Below, piece by piece: positions 12,837-26,571 of a stretch of 64,000 nt of DNA. How positions within the stretch are numbered: the first letter of the stretch is position 1; each line of letters starts with the position of its first letter. This DNA is from Rotaria socialis (Eukaryota), in NCBI GenBank assembly GCA_905331295.1, contig CAJNYD010000423.1, forward strand, positions 124,001 through 188,000, in the 5' to 3' direction. The translations under genes and the position numbers were made by a program. Under the pieces are notes generated by a model that saw nothing but the letters and a program-made list of their open reading frames with translations, did not search any database and was not told the origin of the DNA.

Positions 12837-14789
12837 TATATAATTCTCGTTTTATATTATCTCGTTTAGAATTCATTTCTTTAGTGTTAATTAAATCAAA
12901 ATAAAAAATATTTTGTCAAACACATTTACTATTATCACAACGAAACATAGATTTCAAGTTGAAGTTTTTAATTCTCTCCTCCTTTCATTATAGACTTCAG
13001 AAAACTGGGATCAAAGATCATTCGGGCGAAATTTAATCCTAACAACTGAGCATGTCAGACGTCTGATGTTTCTCTCATAGTCTTCTAGTAATGAGATAAG
13101 GTACTGAGCGGCAGTGACAACAATAATTAGATTACCATAGGGAATGCTAATGTCCTAGTTAAAAATTAAAAAATGATTGGAATACATTTAAAAATGTACT
13201 AAATATAGTGTCGTTTTAAATTTTGGCATAGATGAACGATTAAAACGATAGATATAATGAATGATGTCTACTCATGTATTAATTTGGCAAACGCAAAAAA
13301 TATGAACTGATTACGGTTTAATTCTCGAAAAAAGGAATAACAATATTTCTCTAGAACCATGCGCTGATATTCATTGCAGATAACATTTGCTTATATTGAA
13401 TTAATTCGTGAGAAACAAAAATTATAATAATAAGATTATGTAATCAAACTTTGTACATTAGGTGACTAAACAAAACATGTTACAAATGAACACATGAAAA
13501 AACGTGCCAGATTAAACAGCACAAGTATGAAGTAAATGATTTTGATTCTTCTCATATTCGTTATTGAACTTGAAAAAATGCCACTTGTTCAACTTGTGAA
13601 GATAATGTTTGATGGTGAAGACAAAAGATGAATTCTGTGATTGTGTAGCTGCTGAATCGGAAGTGCTATTATTGCAGAAGACAGACTAGTAAATAAATGA
13701 AATACCAGACAAATTATCATTCATATGTGGAATTTATATTACAAACAAATATCAGTTAATCCTATTTGACTGAAAAAATAGGTAGTTAAAGATCGAAAAA
13801 CAAAAGGTCTAAAGCAAATTGTCGAAAATTCAAATCCTTTTTAGTCACGAATTTCGCCCTCATTCTCAGTGTTGTGCTTTATGCATGCGTACCGGATTAC
13901 ATCCTATTGATCAAATCTTAGAAAAAGGTTTTCACCAAGTATTTTCCGGGGTTCATAATTTTCGACATTTTTCATTCGACCTTTTAGTATTTTACCGACT
14001 GAAGAAGTCAAAGTACTTATTGAGAATAATTTAATTTGAAACATTTAAGAATCAGTTTCAACTAGAAGACATCTTTTCAAAAGATACGAAGATAAAGTAA
14101 CTTTTCATCACCAAAAGAAGCTTTCTAAACATTCAAATGTTGCGAATTACGTATGTGAGTTTATTATTTAGGTTTCAAAAATTCAATAGCTGACAAAAAA
14201 CATTGTTCAGTGTCTAATTTGATTTGTTCGGCATTCACACATTTAAATGTTTTGTATTTCATGTATCAAACTCCGATCCGAAACAGATAGATAAAGTGCA
14301 AGAAACTTTTATCTTTATATAGATTTGCAAGTTTTATGCCTATAATTGTGAGAAAAGCTGATATGCGAACATATATTTTCCTAATTTCAGTTCAACTTGT
14401 TGCATCTCCGGTCGTATTTGTTTTACACCCTACTAAAACATTCATATCCTAATATTTGTAGCGAGCTCTAACAAATAATAAAGAGGAAAAGCGTTTGTTA
14501 GTGCAGCTCCTACGGAACTGACATATGGAACTCTCCTATTATCATCTTAAGTCTCATTATGCTAACTGACAGTACATCAAGTGATAAGTCCCTCACAGAC
14601 TATAGCTGGTGTGTATGATGGTAATCGATCGCCAGACAAATGATTCATCTTATTATTTTTTGTATTTAGAATAAAAATGTATTTCTTTTATTAACAGCCC
14701 TTTACCAGGTACATCAAAATGTTTGCACACTTTTTATTTTGCGTATATCTTGATATGGGTAAATGATAAAATCTTGATTTTTTTTTCAG

Positions 14790-15308
14790 TTAAAGGATGC
14801 ACCGTCGAAAGTTCTACAAGATCTCTACTGACCCTCTTCTATAATTTTGTATTAGATAGTTTCTATAATCTGTGTTGACAAGACTAGATCATATTGTTGT
14901 CCATACTTATTTTTTCTCTCGTTTGCTTCTTCTATTCTCTTTGCTGTTCTATTTAAATATATGTCGAGACGTTTAGGTTTAGTTTTATAGTGTATTTTCC
15001 AATAAAAAGGAAGAAGGAAATAAAGTTTGGCTTAAATTTTGAAAATGGTTAAACGCGCAGATCTACGTGATAGATGTATCATTATAGCTTTTGGACGTTC
15101 TATTATCTTGTTATGAAATTTTGTTTTGAAATTTAAAAAAAAGGAATTTTTAACAGCGTTTGCCACATTTCTTTTATACTCGACGCGGTTCGAAATAGTA
15201 AAAGTACGTAGTTCGTTACTTTTAACCAATTAGAAAAAACTCATAAAAGCAGGTCAATGGATATTTTGTTACGTAGATTTTGTAGAGCTCTCGACGGTAC
15301 ATCTTGTA
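14790..15308. repeat. Degenerate inverted repeat pair (~35 bp), probably a DNA-transposon relic
   Basis: aaggatgcaccgtcgaaagttctacaagatct (~14793) matches the reverse complement of agattttgtagagctctcgacggtacatcttg (~15275-15306). Confidence 0.45.
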
Positions 15309-18300
15309 AAAAATCAAACTTTTACCATTTACCCATGCCGAGATATTTGCAAAATAAAAAGTGTAAAAATATTTTGGAACGCCAAGTATTTTCAGTTTGA
15401 CTTGTTGCTATTCAAGCGTTATTTTTCTTTTTCAAAAATTCTCTAACTCTTGTCTTTGATGCCGTTAGCTCTCTTTTCCCGACGTTCGAAAGCTTTTGGA
15501 AAGGGATCTGATGTAGTCGTCCTCGGTTGATGATTTTGGTACGTAGGAGAGGAGGAGGAGAGTCGAAAACCTTCGACTAAAAGCTGGAAATCTTTATCTT
15601 CTTCGAAAATATGAGAGCGCCACGATACTTTTGTTGAACGCACGTGCATTTTCGAAGAAAATAGTGAACAAAAGTTTAGTAACCAAAGAAAAAAACTAAA
15701 TAAGACATTTTTTTCTACCGATCAATTGTCTAGGAAAACAACTAAAATGCGCGACAGACTTTGAATTTATCTGTTATGTATTAGTAGAATTAGGCTACAG
15801 ATACAGATCATACGTGAGTTCCACAAACAGATTTTAATTACCATTCTTACAAACTTGAATGAATTTAATGATAGCGTTCATATGAGAATTTCATTTATCG
15901 TAACCCTAACACTCATTAATAAATCAAATGAGTAGTTGAATGATTCGTTAATAATTAAAATGAATTGACTTCAATAGCATTTTTCCTATAAGAACACTTT
16001 TGGATTCAAAATGAGAGAATGTACTATACAAGTAAATTGAAAAAGAGCATATGGTTTCATCTAAAATAGTAAAATCTAGACATTATGATGGTGGAAGGCT
16101 TACATTATACCTTAATTTTAGAGTTATTGTTAACCGATTGGACATAGCAGATAAATGGCATCTTGATATGAATTTTATCTGTAACTTGTGATAGGAAAAC
16201 TATAGTGAGGTTTTCAATAATTGTCAGGTTTGCTTCTTAAAGATATACCCGACCGTATAAATCCTATTTTTCAGAGATTTTTTTACTTCAAAACCGAACG
16301 ATATTTAGCAACAAAAGTTATGGTCAATTTATTTAACGACGAAGATCTTCAGTATGATCGGAATGACCTGAATCTATTGTATGGTGATGAAAACAAAACC
16401 GAAGGCAACTATCAACAGTCATTCGCTATTAAGGTAAACTTTACTATCAAAATTTCTGCTTTTCTCCTTTGGCTTAAACATTAACTAAATGGGTTAATCA
16501 ACCTGATATACATGTACTCGTTATATCTGTAGAAGATCTTTATCGTCTACAACATATCTTAATGAATCGAGCAAGACTGAAATGGATTGTTCCGAGAGTT
16601 AGAACTAAATGCGGTTATGCTTTTGTTGTAGTCATATTACAGGTATGAGAAATCAAAACATCATCCTTGATATCTGTCATAGAATGGTTAATCTGTGCGA
16701 AAAAATAGAATACGAGTTATTTACAATATTTGTAAATTCAGCAGTTTTAATCCTGGTCGCTAATCCATGTGATGTAGAGGGAGTGTGAGATAAAGAAACC
16801 TCAATTCGTAAATATGCCCGACTTCCACAAAATACTATTCATTAAAACAAAATTTCTTCAAATTTACTTTATACATATGTCTTACTTGTCTCTATAGTTC
16901 TTAAAATAAAGGATAAACATATCTAAATAAAATCATTATCTTTAAAAGCTACACATTTAGATAAGTTAACAGTAAAAATTTCTTGTATGAGATAAGGATA
17001 TACCGAAGAATATGACTTATACGACAATACGCTTGTTAATTTGTTCTATTGATTGATTATGTGACTTATTAACGTCCTCTTCGTTATGAATTCTTTCACA
17101 AAAACAGATTTTCACTGCTTCTTTATCTAGCCTTGTATGTATTTCAATTACTTTTAAATAAAAATTTTGTTTCTTTATTGTATAAAAATTAAATTAGTAC
17201 ATCTATTGTCTCAATTTCAGTTCGGTTTTAAATGGCAGATTCTGGGCTAGTTGATAACGTATTGTGTACTATTCTATAATCTTGGTTCTTATGTATTTAG
17301 TTCGCACGTCTTTTTCTTTTTTACGCACTATGGACATCAGCATGATAAAATTTACAACAGCATTCTCGGAAGAAACGTTTTCTTTAAACTAATATAATCG
17401 ATTGAAATCATAATTTAGGATGCCTTGAAGGATTTTTTTCGATAAGAAGAGGATACTCATATTTCAACAGATTTTTTTACCTTTTTCTATTTGTCGAAGA
17501 CACTTAATAGTGAATAAATGAATTTTATTATGTGACGATGATCAATATTTATATCTGAAAAGAAATCCAAATGTGGCCAAATCGTTTACTATGATGATGT
17601 ATCAATATAGATGAGAAAAATTGAAAAGACGTAACATCTGATCGTTGAAAAAGAAAACATAAGAAAGATGAGGATAGAAAACAATTTAAAAATCTCTATC
17701 GGATAGTTGAAAGAACATGTAAAATGTACTACTTGTCTAGCACAAAAAGAAAGAGATATGTTGTATCTTCGAAGTGATCACCAGATTCTATTAGAAAAGT
17801 TTGTTATCGCAGCCCCTTTGGGACTAAAATGTGGAACTCACATATGATTTTCGTCTAATTCTACTAGTACACAATACGTAAAATGTGAAATGTACTGCAA
17901 GACACGTAGAAAAAATGTCTTATTTAGTTGTTACATGCTTGCTAATATTTGTAATGCATCGTGGTTCGTGGTTACCAACAATGGCGGGTGAGGTCTGTAA
18001 TGGGAAGGGTTGAGAGTGGGGAGCCGTAAAAATCTCGCTTTTAAACTTTCAATCACCATTTCCTTCGAAAATATATGTGAGCTCGACAAAATTTGATTAC
18101 AAGTTTAAGAGCACTTTTCATTCCAGATCTATTTTTGATTAATAAACCAGGTATTTGTTAAGAATGCCAGTTTAACTTTATTTTCAAGTAAAAAAAGCAT
18201 GTTTAAAATTTACTGTCCAAAGAGTTATAGTTCAAATAAATTTTTTCATCAAAATGTTTTTTTTTGTTTAGAACTATTTTTCTCATTAAAAACAAATTTT

Positions 18301-18514
18301 AACAAAAGGAAGATTTGTTGCAATTTTTTTCTGAAAAATATACTCTACATTTTGACTTTTTAGAAAATTAAAATTTCAGGTAAGCTTGTCTTAGCTTGAA
18401 ATTTAAATTCAAAGATTAAAGTTGAGGTACGCTACTTTAAATTGAATAATTTCATCAGAGTAATTTCAAAGTTATAGTATCACCACGACTATGCGTCCAA
18501 ACATTTTTGATGTA

Positions 18515-18660
18515 CCAGGTCCGGGCTCGGATATGAAATTTTTAATCGGGTGGGTTCGGCCCTGGGTCTGAAAGTTCTGATTGGCCGGGTCCGGATCCAA
18601 AAATTCTGATTGACGGGGTCCGGATCCGGGTTCAAAAATTCTTGAACCCGACGGGCGCTA
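18515..18660. mobile_element. GC-rich DNA-transposon terminal fragment with subterminal repeats (hAT-like)
   Basis: Repeated GGTCCGG(ATCC) units with AAATTCTGATTG-like spacers, the palindrome CGGGTTCAAAAATTCTTGAACCCG, and an end reading ...GGGCGCTA. No partner end was found. Confidence 0.55.
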
Positions 18661-19397
18661 GAGATAACACTACAGCGCGCGTGAAATTTTCGCTTGTGTA
18701 GATATTTATTCTTTTCTCCTCCATTATATCCATTATATTTTTACAGAAGCATGATAGACCAGTTATATTCCAGTAAAAGGCCGTAGGAAGTGAGCCTAAC
18801 GCGTGAGCTAACGTGGCATAATTATCAACGTGTTATCTCGTTCATAGTAGCGCGCTTTGGTTAAAAAGACCATTTTGGAAACCATTATTCAAACGGCATG
18901 ATATTCACGTATATTTTAGATAATTTTTCGATTTCTATTTTTCCTTTTTTCTTTTCTTTAGGATTCAGACTAGATGTTCGACATTGAGTAATAGAATTCT
19001 TTTTATCACCATTAGTTTATCAGCATATTGATACAATTAGAAATTTAATCAAACAACAAGGCATTTCTATGTAATATTTATTTCTTCTAAATCTCTTTGT
19101 TTAGATATTTTACATGAAATTTTCAATTGACTTGACAATGCTTCTCGCAGTACAGTTGACTTTTTTTCTTAATGAACTACGTACAAATGTAAGCCCAATA
19201 AAAAATTTTAAAAGTCAAAACAATAATTTTGAAGAAATGAAATTTAGATTATTGTGGTTCCAGGAAGAACAAAAACTAATAAATACATTTATTTGATGGT
19301 CAAAATTTAAAATCATCTATTCCACTATATAATTGAAATGATCAATAGAAGCAAAAACTTTTAATTAAAACAAAAAAGAACGAAACAATTGGAAGAT

Positions 19398-19647
19398 CCA
19401 TGTCGAACAAACCGATCGAGAAATTCCGGTTAGCCGCGGTTATGTAAGCTATTTTAGCGACTTTATAGTGTACAAACCGATGGTTAACCGTGGTTAAGCG
19501 CCCGGCTAACCGGACAAGTAGTCGGTTTGCCCTCAATTAACCGGTTACTTATCCGGTTAACCGTCGGTTTTTACGCTGTAAAGTCGCTAAAATAGCTTAC
19601 ATAACCGCGGTTAACCGGTGATTTTCGATCGGTTTTGCGCGATATGG
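19398..19647. mobile_element. Palindromic MITE (~250 bp) with ~95-bp terminal inverted repeats
   Basis: The left arm ccatgtcg..ccgcggttatgtaagctattttagcgacttta..ggttaaccg is the reverse complement of the right arm cggttaacc..taaagtcgctaaaatagcttacataaccgcgg..cgatatgg. GGTTAACC motifs recur internally. Confidence 0.85.
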
Positions 19648-20279
19648 GAATCATCAGATTTTGAAGAAGTAATGTTAATTGAATAGATATCTTGAATTTT
19701 GAAAAGAAGTTTCATTTAGATGGAAATCAAGGAAAATAGTGATCTGGATGAAGTTCGTCGGATAGTTTATACATTTACGATGATTATGTATAAAATTTGA
19801 AAAACTATGGAGTTAATTTTTTTGATTCCGATTTTGGAACATGGTTAATAAATAATTCGTAGAAATATTCACAAAGAAATTTTCACCTAACCTTAAGTTA
19901 TACATTTTTATGTGCATTAACATTATTTCATTCACGTGGTATCTAAATGAACTCTTAGCATCACATGACGTCTATTACAGATTTGATTTAGTTGAAGCAA
20001 TAAAAGAAATCGGATCCATGGCTCGCTCATCTTTCATCATCACGAGAATGATAAAGTAACTAAGTCATTGAGTTTCAAGAGAAAAATGATGTTTTCATTT
20101 CACTTTTAAAAAGCAAGCGCCCTCTTATGGCTACATTGAATAAAGATTGTTCGATCCACATATTATTCCACTTTATATATATATAAATTGATTGATTGAT
20201 ATTTATACTTAAAACTATAGGTTGAACAGAAAACACAGAGAAAGAGTAAGGAAAATTTTCTTGTGTTTTATTTCAGATC

Positions 20280-23200
20280 ATGTATAATATTTTTATATGC
20301 CTGTATTTTATTTTAAATCTTCTTAACATATCATCTACAACCGCCACCACCACAACGACAACATTATCTCCTTTGATTCTATCAAATCCTGTTCCATTAA
20401 TAAATAATTTTCTTGTTTTTTCATCTAATTTGGAAACAATTATAAAATTTGATCCAAATTACGGTTGGTTACTAAATGATGAAAAGAAATTACGTCTCTA
20501 TATAAGTGGTATTAACCTTCAAAATAGTTCGCTTGTATTTTCAGCATCACTTAATAAATGCACGTCGAGTCATTTTATATCACCAGTTTATTCTCTCTCA
20601 TCATCATCATCAATTATTGAGTTAAATATTGAACTTCAAAGTTTATCAAAAACTCGTCCACTTGCATATATTTGTCTGTTATCGCCATCGGATATATCGT
20701 TATCTTTGTTAAATAATAATACAGAATCGTATAATGGAACACAATTTGCAGGTGCTTATTTTACGTTTTTAAGAGAAAAAAGTCGATTGCCATTTGCAGC
20801 GAAAATATGTTTAATTCTTATGTTGTTTATTGTGTCAGGTTTCTTCAGGTATAAAGAAAACAACGTTTTCTGCGTTTTTACTAAAAAAATAAAAATGTTC
20901 TCTCGTTTTTGTTTCTTCAGCGGTCTAAATTTAGGTTTAATGTCATTAAGTGTAAATGATTTGTGTTTAATAGCTGAATCAGAAGATGCTTCACTTCGTT
21001 ATTATGCTCGACGAGTTTTACCATTAAGAAAACGTGGCAATTATTTATTATGTTCTATTGTCTTAGCAAATGTTTTGGTTAATTCATTAGGTACTGTCTT
21101 GCTCGATTCACTTGTCCATGGTCTATTGACTGTTATTCTTTCAACAATAATGATTGTATTAATGGGTGAAATCATTCCTCAAGCTATTTGTTCTCGTTAT
21201 GGATTATTTATTGGTGCCCATACACATGTTATAACATGGATATCGATGATTATAACTGGAATTATTTCATATCCGTTAGGTTTTATTCTTGATAAAATTC
21301 TCGGACAAGAAGTCACGGCTTCTTATACGCGTGATCAAATAACTGTCCTGTTAACACGAGCCAATGCAGATATTGAAAAGCCAGAACTTGATGTTATTAC
21401 AGGTATTAGAGATGAACATTGATTTGAAATGATTTATAAAATTCAGGATATGTCATTTAAATTAATTCCCCTTTAATATTCAACGAATAAGCCCAGTAGC
21501 GTAACTTACGGTCAGTAATGAGTAAGACATTTAATTTTATTAAAGTATAAGTTTTTCAAGAGAATAAACATAAATAGAATGTATTCATCATATTTTTAAC
21601 AGTATATGTAGAGAATGATCTATGCAGCCGATAGGAGTTGTCATTCTTATTATAAATGGATATAAATTTTGAATTAATTGAAAAAATCGCTCAGAAGATT
21701 CAAACAAAGATCTATCGTCTGTATCGTTAGACGTAATTCATCACATTGACAAAATCTATCAAGTATGTAAACAGTTCGTATATGAATAAAAATCCATTTA
21801 TGAATTGGAATCTTATATTATTTCATTCAAATACTTGAGAGAATTATTCATAGAAAATTACGAGTGATAATATTTTGTATGAATTACTAACTATCATACA
21901 TGGTGACTTTCGTTTCGGTGTGTCGTCAATTTTTTCAGTCGATTCTACTATTTTTTCTATCGATTTAATCTACCAACTTAAGGAAATTTTCTTGATCTAT
22001 CTATAACTTTTAGATTCTGTTGTTAATCATAAACTCTAATCTTTAATTTTTTTCTTATCTAAAAGTCTCAATACTACTTTAAGATTATCAAGTGTATTCA
22101 CTGTGATAGAATTGATTTTCCATCATGATGCTTATATTTTAAATTGATAGCTATACTTATTTCACGTTATTTATTACTCGTACTAGTTTTTTTTATATAG
22201 GTGTACTTTCATTACGTAAGAAAACTGTCAAAGATGCTATGACATGGTTGCCTGATGTAGTTATGCTTGAAAAAAATCGTAAAACAGATGCTGAACTATT
22301 AATGGAAGTTCATAAACATGGTTTTTCACGTATACCAGTTTATTCAAGTGAAAAGTTAGCATGAGACTTCTATACAAGGAAAGAATTTCAATTCATATTT
22401 TTCTAGATCAAATGTTATTGGAATTGTTAAATTACGAGATTTTGCTTTGATTACTCCTGAACAATATCAATTAACTGTTAAACAGCTAATGGAATTTCAT
22501 ACTCGTATGTAATTTATATATTAACTATTAATCGTAACTAAAATCATAAACTAGATCCATATGGTTATACCAAAACAACAGATTCATTATACAATTTAAT
22601 GCAAGAATTTCTTAAATGTAAAACATCTAAATATCAATAATTTTTATTTTCATTTCGTTCTGTTTTAGCACGATGGCATATTGCTCTTGTACAAGAATTA
22701 CGCAATGAAGAAGATAATGTAGATCCAGTATATGTAACTGTTGGTGTTATTACACTAGAAGATGTTATTGAAGAAATGCTTCAAAGAGAAATTATTGAAG
22801 AAGCTGACTTCTTTAGTGAATACTACACAAAAAGTACAGATCCGTCATATTAGAAAAATATTTGTGTATTTTTAGCTGATAATCGTCGTAAAATTCAACG
22901 TAAAAGAGCAAAAACAATGGATTATACAGCATTGGTCAAACGACCAGTAAAAGGTTTTAGTTCAATAGTTTTTCTTTATTTTAGATTTTTAGAAATATAA
23001 AATAAATTTTCTATTCCATCTTGTACAATGAAATATTGATGTAAACATGGAGTTTTCTACTGCGAGTAGCCTTTGCTTTAGTATAAACTAGAGAAAATCA
23101 ACAAAATTTTTATTCTCATCGCATTCTAACGGTTCTATCGTATTGAGTCGTTTTTCAATACACTTCAAACCAATAACTTCTATGTTTCATTAGTTAAAAA

Positions 23201-25001
23201 TGTTTCTCTTGTAAAAATTGACTAAATTGAAATCTCAAGCAACACAAGCATGTAACTGCAGAGTACTAACGGTAATGAGTAGAGGATAGAGAATTCAGTC
23301 ATTCTCACAATAAGAGATTCCATGTACCTGATTACATTTCATAATTTTAGAATTTTCCTATAGATGATGAGTATTTCAATTTCAACCAGTTCTTTTTTCT
23401 TAACATAAAAAAAGAAGAAAACCTAATTACATCATATTCATATTCAGGCACTTCCACTCGAAATAATACATATTCGTCATTTTCAGTCAGCATATCGAAT
23501 TCAATACATTCAATAAAAGTTAAAACATCATTTTTTCAGCTATTTCATATTTTTCCTCTTAAAACAGTTCTATCAAGCATTTGCATTTTCTTTTTAGGTC
23601 CATCAATAAGTCCTCAATTAAAAGTTGCTGTCTTTCAATTTTTAAGTACAAGTAAATATGACTCATTTTTAAATTATTTCATATTTTAAGGCTTTATGGG
23701 TTAGATCAATTCAGATGCATAATTAGCACATATCTATTCACTCATAGAAGATCTATTTCATAACAAAGTTACGAAAAGCTGTAAAAGTACAGATTGTATG
23801 ATGTTTCATTTAGATGTTCAACAATTTACATCCGGTTTTATTTCTCATGAAATTTTAAAAGTTCTTCTCAATTATAATGTATATGCCATGATCAAAAGTC
23901 AAACTAATCAAAAATCACATTCAATTTATTTATATAAGAAAGGTTTTCGTTATGAATTGTTTACATTAGTTATGCAAGGCAATGCAACATTAGAATCTGG
24001 TGTTGAACATATTATGTCAACAGTTGGACCATTTTGTTGTTTTGCTGCAACAGCATTATTAGCTGAAAATAAAACTGTAAAAGATGTTCATCACTTTCTT
24101 GATGATCTATTTACAATCGATTCCAGCAACGATAATAAAACAAATTTACTCGATGAAATTTCATCAATCTTTATTCCGGATTATAATTTAATTGTCAATA
24201 GTGAATTACAAGTTTTACAAATTCATCGTCTCGTCTGGTTAGCTGCTGTTCGTGCAACACAACGGCAACGTGGAAATGATCAATATTATAGACGTATGCA
24301 ACCCGAACTATTATTATCAAATTCACTCGATGAAATCGTAAGGCTTGTGTTGTTCATAGATATTTTCTTCAAAGAAAAAAATCGATAACTATTTTATAGT
24401 CATCAATAACTAGTGTACCAATTGATAAAACAAATTTGACGGATTTTCAACGCATATTTCTTAATGAAAAAGATTTAAGACGAACGGCTAACGGCATTGA
24501 TCATAGAAATACTCAAACATCTTCATCGGTCTTTGAAGTTGTTCATTCAATAACAATAGGTGATACAATGGATAAAATTGAAAAAAATCAAGAACAAACT
24601 GTTAACATCGATGGAAGTATTCAATTTGAGCAACCAAAATGTTCATCAAAAACAATCATGTATAATCCACTTTTGTTAAGTATACAGAGTTATGATGAAA
24701 CAATGGCAAATGGATCTTATAATGGAAATTATCATAATTTTAGTAACTTAACTAGTTTAAAAGATGGTGGATTTAATTCAAGTATGAATATTGATAGAAT
24801 GTTTGATGATGCTCAAGAACATGTAAATATTTTTCTTTCTCTTCTTCTTCTTCTTCTTCTAAGTTATCAAAGTCAATTAAGAATGAAATGGATAGTACCA
24901 TGATAATGGATGAGAGATTTATACGATTTTCGAATCTGAATAAATCTAAATCGAATCAACTACCTACTAAAATGGAACTTTTCAGTTACAGATCAACTTG
25001 A
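20280..25001 (+). CDS. CNNM: CNNM/ACDP-family Mg2+ transporter (signal peptide, ectodomain, DUF21, CBS pair, CNBH), ~11 exons
   Basis: SGFFS|GLNLGLMSL, GNYLLCSIVLANVLVNS, GEIIPQAICSRYGL, HGFSRIPVY, GVITLEDVIEE, ISPQLKVAVFQFLST. Exons join through GT-AG introns. Last exon predicted ~24864-25001. Confidence 0.93.
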
Positions 25002-26180
25002 GTTTCAGTATTTTTCGAAAATAAATAATAAATAGATGAATTTTTGATTTGATCATGTATACCAAAAGTACCAACTATCAGCGAAAGAAACGTTTCATAT
25101 GCATCCAGTTGATTCTGAAGTTGGATCCGAATGGAAAATATCTAAAATTAAGTTTTCCGATTGCACTTAGACTACACTAACTTGTAGTTATTCGAAATAT
25201 GGGATATTACTGTGTGCAGTGGAAATCAAAACTTTCAATAATTCGTACTATATTATCTTCGATATTATTTTCTGTTAAGTAGCTAAGATATTCTGAAGAC
25301 TACAAAACTTGCCTATCGACCATATTTCAAATTCTAATTCTTATCTTCATTCTTTTTCCTATTCATAACTTATCCTATAAATAAATATGCAATAGAGTTA
25401 CCTTAATTCTATACAAAAATTCCTGTACTACAATCTTTTTGTTTACATATTCTCTTTGAATGTCTAAAATATGAACTGAAAAATGATTATTTATTTTAAT
25501 TAACCAAATCACGAGATTAACTAGATAAATAGAAAACATAACTTTCATTTCAAAAATTTCTATGTATTTATTATCGTTATTTATTTCTGTATTTAGAAAA
25601 TAGATGATAAACAAATACAAGCATTATTAATCAATGAAGTTCATCATACAAATCATATTTCAAAAATTTAGAATCAATCAACAACACATTAATACCCTTT
25701 ACTTTAAATTATGTTTCATATTCTTGTTCAAATACAAATATTCTGTTAAATCTTTCATCTCTTTCTCGAAATGAAATTTCTAATAACAACTACGGCGATA
25801 GAATAAAGCCAATTAATGAAACAAAAACGAGTTTAATCAATGTATATGACTATGAAATATTTATAAGCATAATCCTTTATTTCAAATCAGATAATTTGTG
25901 CTTACATCTAAGAAAAAGTAATACTTCGACAATTGATTTATTTATCAATAGTATAAAGTATATTCAATATATACATCCTATCATCCATTAAATTCCAAAA
26001 AAATGTCGAAGAATTTTCGTACGATAAATTTTTAAATAAAATTTATGAATCGTATTCAATGGTTTCTTATTTTCTGTGCATCAATCTGTTTTTTCTTTTA
26101 TAAAATAAAATAAATTTTGAATAAAATGTTATTATATATTTATTCTTTGATTGGAAAAAATAGAAAAAAAGAAAAAGAAT

Positions 26181-26571
26181 TCAAATCGATAATCCATAAA
26201 CGGTGACAATAACATACATGGTGGTATTTTCCCAACTAAATACAAAAAATAGAATGAATGAGATTTATTTTTCAAATTTTCTAAAATTCTTACCGAATAG
26301 TAAATGATTTATCATTTGTATTGTCCCAAAAACATGAAGTTGCTGTATGCAAACCAGCACCATTTTTTTCCATAATTACGCATGATGCAATATATTTAAA
26401 AGACTTATTTGCTTTTGTCAGTGCACTAATTATAGTTTCGACTATATTGGATGTCCATAAATTAACTTTTGTTTTTTGATACAATTGATGTTCGAGAGTT
26501 GATTCAATTGTTTCATTGATAATATTTGATGCGTCATGAACTACAAAAGGTTGTTGATAAATATCATTCAT
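26181..26571 (-). CDS. DYNLT1: Dynein light chain Tctex-type, 2 exons
   Basis: [36 protein letters not shown], a short intron, then [22 protein letters not shown]1 versus DYNLT3 cannot be resolved. Confidence 0.92.

Noticed and set aside
12960..13690. Possible minus-strand exons (e.g. NYCVTAAQYLISLLEDYERNIRRL)
   Set aside because: In-frame stops, no start and no recognisable family, so a gene model cannot be supported.
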